Shown: piece after piece, positions 53,233-64,000 of the stretch
Position numbering within the stretch: position 1 is the first letter of the stretch
Layout of the letters: every line of letters starts with the position of its first letter
Origin: Octopus sinensis
Taxonomy: Eukaryota
Length of the DNA stretch: 64,000 bases
Reading direction: 5' to 3'
Assembly (NCBI RefSeq): GCF_006345805.1
Contig: NC_043007.1
Span: forward strand, 7,378,001 to 7,442,000
Notes under the pieces: model-generated
Databases searched by the model: none
Told to the model about the DNA's origin: nothing
The model's input: only the letters and a program-made list of their open reading frames with translations
Made by a program: the position numbers and the translations under genes

Positions 53233-53441
53233 CTTTTGAGTAGTACGTTATAGACATATTTTCCACATTATACAAAGGATATTGCGCCCCTTGTGATGGA
53301 GAGAACAAAATATGAGTTTTTGTCAAAGCTTATCTCACCAATTATTGATTTATCGTAATCGATACCTGGGGTGTTTCAGTTCTCGCGTTTTGCTTTTTGT
53401 GTGGGGACCATAGTGGGCAGCAATACTTCACGAGAGACATA

Positions 53442-54236
53442 CTCTTTACTCTTTTACTTGTTTCAGTCATTTGAGTGCGGCCATGTTGGATTCCCGCCTT
53501 TAGTCGAGCAAATCGACCCCAGGACTTATTCTTTGGAAGCCTAGTACTTATTTTATCGGTCTGCTAAATTACGGGGACGTAAACACACCATCATCGGTTG
53601 TCAAGCGATGTTGGGGGACCAAACACAGACACACACATACATATATATATATACATATATACGACGGGCTTCTTTCAGTTTCCGTCTACCAAATCCACTC
53701 ACAAGGCTTTGGTCAGCCCGAGGCTATAGTAGAAGACATTTGCCCAAGGTGCACGCAGTGGGAAGGAACCCTGAAACATGTGGTTGGTAAGCAAGCTACT
53801 TACCACACGGCCACTCCTTTTTAAGTAAATATATATCTTTTATCTTTTGCTTTTGTTTAATATTTCAGTACCTAGAAAACGGCCATGCTGGGGCAACGCC
53901 ATGAATTTTTAATCGAAAAAATCAATCACAGTATTTATTTTTTTAGGCCTAGTAATTATTCTATTGGTCACTTTCACCGAACCGCAGTGTTACGGGACGC
54001 AACACACCAACATTGGTTATCAAGCAGTAATGTATGACAAATACAGGCAGAAAGATACATACATAAATATGGAACGAGCTTCTTTCAGTTTCTGTCTACC
54101 AAATCCATTCAAAAGTCTTTGGTCGGTCCGAGGCTATATATAGAAAACACTTGCCCAAGGTGCCACACAGTGAGACTGAACCCGGAACCATGTTATTGAA
54201 AGGCAAGTTTCTTATCACACAGCTACGCGTGCGCCT
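53442..54236 (-). mobile_element. Two tandem SINE family A copies (53442-53817, 53838-54236)
   Basis: Both halves recognisable in each copy. Confidence 0.88.
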
Positions 54237-54293
54237 ATATATATATACACACACATATATATATACACATTTATATATATATAATATATATAA

Positions 54294-54436
<143 letters not shown>

Positions 54437-54883
54437 CATATATATATATACATATATATATAATTTAAGATTAAATTGAATACATTTAAATTTTTACACT
54501 GGAAAGATTATCTATAACTAGTTTCGGTTTCCTAGTTTGATGACGGCCAGCAGACCGGAACTTCAAAGTCCCAACGGGCCTTTACACACCCTCTCTCTCA
54601 CGCAGGCACAAACTCTCACACACGGGCGTTGTTACTCACTCATCCAAACACACACTCTCACTCCCGCTCTCTTTTACACCCTCTCGCTCTATTTATATTT
54701 GTGTGTGTGTGTGTATGTATGTGTGTATGTATGTATGCGTGTATATGTTTGTATGCATGTATGTCCTAATATAGACATGTATTTATAGAAAACGCGCATG
54801 AATACACACACACTCAAATATACTTCCGTGTGTACGCTTGCAAATGTATTGACAAGCACACACACATGCGTGTATATATATAT

Positions 54884-54914
<31 letters not shown>

Positions 54915-55050
54915 CGCGCTTATATATGTATATATATATATTTGTATGTTTGTATATATATATTATATATATGTATATATATGTGTATGTATGTGTATAT
55001 ATATATGTATGTATGTATGTATAAAAAAATGTATATATATATATATATAA

Positions 55051-55126
<76 letters not shown>

Positions 55127-55459
55127 ATGTATGTATGTATGTGCCAGCGTGCATATCCATATGATGGGAAACACAGAAGTCAGACATAATTCTGTCTGAA
55201 GATAATCAGCCATTTTAAACTCACCGTTATAATAGTTTTTCACTATAACATAATACAATATTAATTACCTAAAATTGCTATGGCCACAAAAACAATCGTA
55301 GACTTTTCGGAACTCATGAACTTATTTTTGCTTTGCAGCCACGAAGTGATTCCACATCGATTATTTCTGCAATCTTATATAATTTCCACATCTTTATCTT
55401 ACTCGCCGCCACCAACTCTACGACTACTACTATTACGAAGTCTACAACTACTGTTTTTG

Positions 55460-55504
55460 TTGCTATTATTATTATCATCATTATTATTATTATTATTATT
55501 ATCA

Positions 55505-55565
<61 letters not shown>

Positions 55566-55619
55566 CATCATTATTATCATCATTATTATATCATTATTAT
55601 CATCATCATCATCATTATC

Positions 55620-55681
<62 letters not shown>

Positions 55682-55688
55682 CATTATT

Positions 55689-55723
<35 letters not shown>

Positions 55724-55731
55724 TATTATTA

Positions 55732-55789
<58 letters not shown>

Positions 55790-55832
55790 CATTATTATTA
55801 TTATTATCATTATTATTATCATTATTATTATT

Positions 55833-55869
<37 letters not shown>

Positions 55870-55915
55870 CCATCATCATCATTATTGTTGTTGTTGTTGT
55901 TTTTGTTGTTGTTAT
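55460..55915. repeat. (ATT)n/(CAT)n/(GTT)n compound array
   Basis: Direct reading. Confidence 0.95.
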
Positions 55916-56417
55916 TATAGCAATGGTTTAAAGTAGTGGAGGTTTTCTATTTGGACAGTTGTCGGGACCTAAATCACAATGATGTCCGTGTTTATGGTTA
56001 GAAAATTAGACAGCAGACAATTCGAAATGTTTCCACACAGTCATAAATTCTTATCTTTTAATTAAATTGTTGTTGTTGTAGCTGTTGTTAAATTTGCTGT
56101 TATTATAGTTATCAGCATAGCCGTTATCATCATTATCATTAACGTCTACATCATGAAGATATCCACCACCATCTTCATCATCATCATCATCATCATCATC
56201 ATTATCCTCATCATCATTATCATCGTCATCACCATGAGCATCATCAACATCACCGTCATTGTCATCATCGTCGTCGTCATTGTCATTATGCTCAAATTCT
56301 TTAGAAACCATTAGGATAGCGATTACAAAAAGCCACATCTTCATAAAAGTTTATCTTTTCGGTTATTATTATCGTTATTACAACTATCAACGGTTGTCGA
56401 TTGGTAGGATTGTTGGT

Positions 56418-56560
56418 ACTGTCGGAAAAGTATTTTGCAACATTTGATCCAATTCTTTACGTTCTGAGTTCAAATCCCACCGAGATCATCTAAACCTTTT
56501 ATATCTCTCTGGTCCATAAAATAAAGCACAAATGAAATATGAGATCGATTTCATTAAGTA
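56418..56560 (+). mobile_element. SINE family B, degenerate
   Basis: tttacgttctgagttcaaatcccaccgagatc. Confidence 0.55.
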
Positions 56561-57385
56561 ATTAAGCTGAAGAATATGAGGATCTCTTCGAATGTCTGCT
56601 CTTTTACTTCTATTAGAAACAATTATTATATGTCTTGTCTTTTTTTGTTTTGTTTTGTTTTTTTGCTTACCATAGAAACACAAGATTCACAGTTACGCTT
56701 CGAAGTGGATTTCTGCTACTGTTACTTAACAAAAATTCATTTTTACTTTATTTACCAAGCAAATGCTTCATAATATTCAAAACCCACCCATTGCCCTGCG
56801 TCGAAATTCAAGGTTCGTCGAAGTATTTCGTTTTTTTAGATACTTATATTGCAACCATTGGCCATTTTCAATATCTCTTCGTCGCAACATGGACGTCTTA
56901 GAAGTAGCAGGGAGAGGAAAACACCGCAGTGGTCGTAACAATGAACTTCTGTAACGCAAATAATATTCTCAGCCTTATGAAAAAAAAAGGCTGACGTGTG
57001 ATAAGATGTCTTCTTTTCTTTTGATCAAGGCGGATATAAGGAAAAGCATATGTCAGGTGTTTGAGATTAAGAATCCAGCGAAGAGACGGAAAGAACGGGT
57101 TTGTTCGAATGACTGTCTTTTAGCTCAAGAATATGAGGATCATGTCTAGGGGTATTGGTACCAATACTGCCATCATTACGAAACGGTTATTGGGAGAGCG
57201 TGGAGCTAAGGTGTACCAAATGGAGTGTGTATGGACATGCCAATCTGAGGATGACAGGGCTGTGTTTAATGCTGTATGTAAGGAGTCTTGTGATCAGTAA
57301 ATTATCATCAACGTCATCGTCGTTGTCATCGTCATCATCATCATCATCATCACCATCATCATAATTGTTATAATTATTATTATTA

Positions 57386-57722
57386 CATCTGTGATACTCA
57401 CCATGTTGCTGCAGGTGAGTATCATAGATACTCCCTGTGAAGTAAGTTCGTATGATATTGTCAAATCTCAAGGACCTTGTGGCGACTCCTTACTCTCCAA
57501 GTAATGGTGTTTTCTGGATGTGCTCTGTTTTCAATTTTATGCCTCTTTTTTCCGACTATTTTTCAATTTCTTTGCTCTGGCCTGTTTAGGGCACCAACAA
57601 ATTGTTGGCACATTAACTGAACATAGTTTTTTATTTTATTTATTTCTCTTTTCAGAACTTCATATCTCGTCTGTTCAGTTTCTCTCCTTTTTCTCCTTGG
57701 CCTAGCAACACATCAGGTTTCC
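57386..57722 (-). mobile_element. R4/Dong-like RLE extreme 3' fragment (copy E)
   Basis: Relics RYEVLKREI, VGALN, EHIQKTPLLG, KVLEI*; followed by an (AAT)n tail in element sense. Confidence 0.65.
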
Positions 57723-59232
57723 TGTTGGTGTTGTTGTTGTTATTATTATTATTATTATTATTACTATTATTATTATTATTATTATTACCATTTATGTCGC
57801 TGAGACAGTCGCTCAAACTTACAATGATGACGGTTTACTGCATAAATTATAGGAAAGATCGACAATCCTTGTTTATATTTGTATTTGAAAAGAGTTTAGC
57901 ATTGAAATATATTCTGTTATTTTATTCTTGCTTCCTTCTTGATTACATTTCCATATTTAAATTCATAGTAAAATATTGGTGGTTTATTTCTTTTATTTAT
58001 TTTAGCATTCAGGTAAATCATGGACGTGTTGGCGACGATATACAGATATATGAATATATATGGGAAACTGTGAAAGAAAGGAAGAAATAAAACGAAATAA
58101 GCGATTGTTTACAGACAGAAATTAAGTAGGAATGCATTCCTGGCGAAGGAACGAAACGCGAAGATCGACGGAATGGAAGAAGATAAATAAAGGAAGTTTA
58201 AGGACATTACGGAAACACAATAACTCTTAGAACTGTTATAAAAGATACGAATGTTGTCAACTTGGTAAGCTTCCGTTGAAATGTATTTGCGAGCCACGTT
58301 CGGTTCTCGATTCAAGTGGTTTACTTGCTTCATTAATAGCCGGAGACTACATGTCGGTATTTCCAAAAGAACCATTCCTTACGCAGCCTATTTTAAGCTG
58401 TTAGGTCACCAACAAACCAGCCCGGGGCGAAACTCTCAGTAGATTGTCAATTGTGTTTTTTTTCTTTTCTTATACACATCCACAAAATCGCTCCACTGGA
58501 TATCACATAATGTTTGATCCAAAAAATATGTGTTTTTTTTTTTAATTTATAACTTATATTACCATATGCATATATTGCCATATGCACACACACGCACACA
58601 CATATATATATATACACACATTCACGTGATGGTACTTTGTGCAGGTTCTATCCTCCAAATTTCCCACAGATGCATTCGTACATTTAATATACTGCGCAAT
58701 GGCATTGCATCCAAAGTTCTGTATTGTTGCGTGAACTTTTTAAACCACACAACCTTACTGGAACTCGTTCAAGTCTATTCCTTTCCAGAATATTTTGCAG
58801 GATTTCTAGAAAGGGCTAATTAAATGTTATAAATCGAGAAAAAAATCTGGGAAAGAAAGGGAATGGAGGAGAGCCTTTTGTAAAATGACTCTGAAACAGC
58901 AAATACGGATTAACATTCGATAGACAGATTATAAGTCTATCTAACCAGATATCATGCATTTACGACTTTTGTTTACTTTTAAAGTATACCATAACCCGAG
59001 AGACGCACTTGATTATATTCAAGAAAAGAACATTTGTTTATACTTTTTTCTTTATTTAACTTTGCTATTGTGCTGTAAATATTCAATGTCAAGTATATTC
59101 ATACAATTTGACAAAAATACATCTACAGCGGCAGTCTTACATACGTTCTTCATGGCTCCAACACTCTCAAAAGCGTAAGAAGTAAACTGTGACATGCTTG
59201 CATGTCGACTCTTTAGCTATATATAATATGTA

Positions 59233-59457
59233 GAGCTGGCAGAAACGTTAGCGCGCCGGACGAAATGCTTAACGGTATTTCGTCTGCCGCTACGTTGTGA
59301 GTTCAAATTCCGCCGAGGTCGACTTTGCCTTTCATCCTTTCGGGGTCGATAAATTAAGTACCAGTTACGCACTGGGGTCGATGTAATCGACTTAATCCGT
59401 TTGTCTGTCCTTGTTTGTCCCCCCTGTGTTTAGACCCTTGAGGGTAGTAAAGAAATA
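59233..59457 (+). mobile_element. SINE family B, well preserved
   Basis: gagctggcagaaacgttagc..gtcgactttgcctttcatcctttcggggtcgataaattaagtacc. Confidence 0.92.
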
Positions 59458-60217
59458 TATATATAATATATAGTATACAGTGACATTTCCCCCCCGAAGT
59501 TAACCCTTTTACTGCAGAAAGCAGATGTTGCGACTCAAAACTGCAAGTTTGTTGACGCAACATGACATTAAGAAAAGACAAGTTCTATTTTTTGTGGTAG
59601 ATATTTAACATCATTTCTGAAATAACCAAGAAATACAATTTTGCAGTGAAATGGTTCAGCAATATTCTTAACAGTAAACAACAGCTTCGTGTTTAATATT
59701 ATAATAAATTGGTTTTAGATAATCAAAGAAAATCAACGATAATGAGATCTATCACAGCTTTTATGATACGATGGTTGCTTTTATTTCTGTTAGTTATCAG
59801 CCCCTTTGACAATGTTTAGTTAACTCCCAAGTCTTAAAACGAGGTTCAAGCGCAACCTTTCTTGATGCATCAAATAATTATTTAAAACATAACAACTTAC
59901 GATATTGTGTTTATATGTGTCTGTTGGTAGAGGATAAAAGGCTTATGATGGAAAAGATGTGGTAAGGATTCCGTGGCAATAGCAATTTGTACTGCGTTGA
60001 TTGACAGAAATAACATCCCATTCAATCAATAAAGACTAGGCTACCCTACTTGAACGTTTCAGGAATTCGATTGTTTTCAGAAAACTACCAAGAACTAATC
60101 AAAGACATGAAAAAATAAACGGTGAAGGGGCAAGAAGTTGATTGTAGCGGATCAACTAAAAAAAGCAAAAATGAAAAGGACTATAATAATGAAAATAATA
60201 ATAATAATAATAATATA

Positions 60218-60267
<50 letters not shown>

Positions 60268-60544
60268 GTAATAATAATAATACAAAAGCAAAAAAAAAAA
60301 AGAATTAACAAAGAAAGAGTTCTTCAAAACCGAATTGACTTCAAGCCTGCTTGCAGTCGATAACAATAGCAAAAGAACATGAAAACGTATTTGTGTTGGT
60401 ATTGTTGTTGTTATTGTTGTTACGTAGACGAAAAACAACTTGATAAAAAAATATAATATTACTACAGTATTACATTACAAAACAAAGCAGAAAAGCATTA
60501 CATGATGTTTTACCTCCCCATTATTATTATTATTATTATTATTA

Positions 60545-60599
<55 letters not shown>

Positions 60600-60737
60600 T
60601 AGTTTTATTATTATCTTTCTTTCTTTTTTTGCATATGTATTATTTTCTTCAAAAAAGAACTCTACTCAACTCTCAGTGCCAAAGAAATTATTCACTTTCT
60701 TCAGTGAAACATTTATTATATTGTATTAAGAATTCTA

Positions 60738-60739
<2 letters not shown>

Positions 60740-60783
<44 letters not shown>

Positions 60784-60796
60784 ATGTGCGTGTGTG

Positions 60797-60873
<77 letters not shown>

Positions 60874-60878
60874 GTGCA

Positions 60879-60911
<33 letters not shown>

Positions 60912-60940
60912 GTGCATGTGTGTGTGTGTGTGTGTGTTTC
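60740..60940. repeat. (GT)n array
   Basis: Direct reading. Confidence 0.95.
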
Positions 60941-61288
60941 CCCAGCTTACTTTCTGGAATCGCTCATAATCCAAACGAAAGAAGTAGCACCTGCGTTTCC
61001 AAAACAGCTTCTGCTACGCTAGGAAAATAATACAAAATTATTGATTGCGCTAAGAACTTATCTAAATAATCAAAGAGCGAACAAAGAAACTTTGTTTTTA
61101 TTCCCATATTTGTTTATCTATTATTTCAAATCTGCAATTTTCCCCACAATACCTTAACCTCGGTAAAACTAATACACTGTCTCTACATTCATATGTGTCC
61201 ATATGTTGATGCACACAAACTAGTTTGCTTTGAGTATGTAAACGTATATCTGTCTGCAAGAGTATATGGCTGTATACTCACACATACG

Positions 61289-61368
<80 letters not shown>

Positions 61369-61545
61369 CACACACCAACATATATATATATGTATAGATG
61401 TATGTATATGTATGTGAATGTGTTCGTGAACATATATGTGTGAATATTTGTGTGCATATATATATCTATATATATATATAGATAATCGTTCATATATATA
61501 TATATATATATAATATATATATATATGTATATGTATACGTAATCG

Positions 61546-61588
<43 letters not shown>

Positions 61589-61643
61589 TCAAATGCATAT
61601 ATCTATATACTTATGCATAAGTATACATGCATACACATATAGA

Positions 61644-61676
<33 letters not shown>

Positions 61677-62200
61677 AATTAGAGAGCAAAAGATTGAGTG
61701 AATCAGTGACTGTAGGAAGGAAAGAGAAGAAGAAGAAAACAAAAAAGAAGAGAACATTAAAAAATGGGAAGATTTTTTTATTTTCATATTTTTGCTTTGA
61801 AAAAAAATAGACAATGATGAAGAGACTGAAAGCAGAGAAGATAAAGAGAATGGGGGGCGGTGAACAGTTAATAGAAAACGAGATGAAATAAAATAGTCTA
61901 AAATATTATAAGGGGACAGGGTAAGAGATAAAAAATATTGAAGAAATTCCTAAATTTATCCTAAAGAAAAAGGCAGAAGATGTTGATAGAAATACGGAAG
62001 AGAGAAGAATCTAGAAGATATGGGATGGAGAGGAAGGTTTGCGTGAGAAAAGGATTTTATGAAAAGAGAAATAAAAAGTTTTTGGGTGGATTATGGAAGT
62101 AGATTTGTAAATAAGTGCAAAGAGGGTGCAGTAGTAAATGGATATAGAAGTGAATTTGATAGAGAGAGAGAGACAGACAGAGACAGAGATATAGATAGGT

Positions 62201-62243
<43 letters not shown>

Positions 62244-62296
62244 TAGATAGATAGATAGATAGATAGTGAGAGAGAGAGATAGTGAGAGAGAGAAAC

Positions 62297-62335
<39 letters not shown>

Positions 62336-62894
62336 TAGGTTCATGGCTAAACAGATAAGTAGATAGACCGACAAACTGACAGACAGTTCGATAGGGGTAG
62401 AGGGACAGGGTGGGTCTTCTTAACTAAGCCGAGAGTAGATAAATATGTCACACTTCAAGAATGATGTAAAGTAAAGCCATCACACACACACACACACATG
62501 TATATTGAGTGTATGTATATTGTATGTATGTGTGCTTGTGTATTCGTATACGTATCTGGTGAACTGTTCTTACAAGTGTAGCATCCGTTAGATCTGACAG
62601 AGTGTATTACGTACACCAGAGACATGTTTAAAATAGATGAACATTTTCTAAGTAAACTTTGAAATAATCAAAACATTAATTAGGAATTCTTGACACATTT
62701 CAAAATATCGATTCTGAAAAATCTACTCTAAAAATACATAATCAATAATAATTAACTTAACGAATTATAGGAATGCGTATGAAGTATTCAGTATAATATC
62801 TAAACAGACAAACACGATACTAATACGCATAATACATACAAACAGTGAACTCGAAAATTACAATTGAGAAACCTTTAGTTATTTCGCTAACTAC

Positions 62895-63072
62895 AGTTCT
62901 ATATTGAAGAGATGAGGAATTATGTACATTATTTACGTTATTTACATTTGATGGATATTTGTTCTCATCTTGTTTGTTGTTAACACATTTCGGCTGATAT
63001 ACTCCCCACCTTTCTTCAGGTGTTTTGGGGAAATTTCGAACCTGGGTTCTCATTCCTAACGTATTTTTCGAT
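62895..63072 (-). mobile_element. Short non-coding Penelope-type repeat carrying a degenerate hammerhead motif (62982-63024)
   Basis: Minus strand aacac-CTGAAGA-a-aggtggggagtatatcagcc-GAAA-t-gtgtt; stem I aacac/gtgtt intact, stems II and III damaged. Confidence 0.55.
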
Positions 63073-63901
63073 GTTGTTGTTGTTGTTGTTGTTGTTATTG
63101 TTGTTGTTGTTGTAGTTCAGGGCACCCGCGAGATTAGTGAGCGGATACGATAGATGGATGGATAGGAATAAAAAAGAATTTGTAAAAAGAAAGAAAATTG
63201 GCGATTAACTAAAATTATGGATAATAATGAGCCTCGGTCGTTCAACGATGAGGATTCAGTTGTCTGATCAACTGAATTACTTTCTAATGATCTACCTAAG
63301 ACGTAGGGGTCTGAACATTCCACAGGACGTGTACCCTTCATGCAATTCGCATATAGAGTGTCACGGTTGTACTTTTTGAACTATATGCACACCCCAAGTG
63401 ACCGGTTTCTATTCCGTTTTTGATAACCCAGTTTTACCCACAAAGTATGGATCGACCCAAGGCTACAAAAAAAACAAATTGATATCGCTAAGAAATGGAA
63501 TCGAAACCGTGTCTTTGTGGTTTCGAAGCAATAGTTTTAACCATTCGGCCATACTACGCGTATTATTAGGAAAGTGTTACTGATCAATAATACTCAAGTA
63601 AATATGATATGACATGTTAACTACCTGCAATGCCAATCTTCGCATCCTGTCCTTCATTCGTGGGTTTGGCAAGGATTAAGAAAGAGCAACAGTAACGATG
63701 ACATTCCCGCAACAAGAAATATTCTCACAGCGAATCACTCGACATTCGTTTCGGAAATTTCTTGAATAAATATTCTTAGAATTGACAGAAATTATCCAGC
63801 GTGTTAATTCACTTTATTAATTAATTTTTTCCTAGGCTACTAATCATAATTTTAATGCCAAGAAGTATGGCATTCTCCTGCGCAGAAAAAAAATGATAAA
63901 G

Positions 63902-64000
63902 ATGGCGAGTTGGAAAATGTGTTGGAAAATCGGGCAAAAACTCTATGCAGTATTTGTTCCGGCTCTTTACGTTCTGCGTTCAATTTCCGACGTAGTCACC
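63902..64000 (+). mobile_element. SINE family B 5' part, running off the window
   Basis: ggcgagttgg..gtattt..ctttacgttctgcgttcaatttccg. Confidence 0.6.

Noticed and set aside
63398-63505. Imperfect inverted pair resembling hammerhead 3' halves (gaaaccggtc)
   Set aside because: No CUGANGA core or stem I on either strand

Overview
AT-rich, microsatellite-saturated animal genomic DNA, almost certainly non-coding (intronic or intergenic). The two dominant tRNA-derived SINE families match what I recall of Octopus SINEs, so a cephalopod source is inferred, not proven. No intact protein-coding gene is present, and nearly all ORFs in the supplied track are translations of simple repeats. Recognisable content is decayed mobile DNA. 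There are four mariner transposase relics and three CR1-like LINE pieces (APE domain and two RT C-termini). There is one RTE-like 3' end with two C2H2 fingers and one Penelope-like GIY-YIG endonuclease. An ORF1(gag)-only retroposon has a tandemly duplicated 3' UTR. Five restriction-like-endonuclease (R4/Dong-type) retrotransposon 3' ends all lie on the minus strand beside TAA-type trinucleotide runs. More than 20 SINE copies are present. The most interesting observations are four or five type I hammerhead-ribozyme motifs from at least three unrelated non-coding repeat families, one of them inside a perfect 62-bp fold-back. Also notable are a perfect 112-bp nested palindrome, a shared 5'-truncation point in three RLE elements, and a candidate exon plus 21-nt microexon or recursive splice site at 52.2-52.4 kb. 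Coordinates of decayed elements are approximate.
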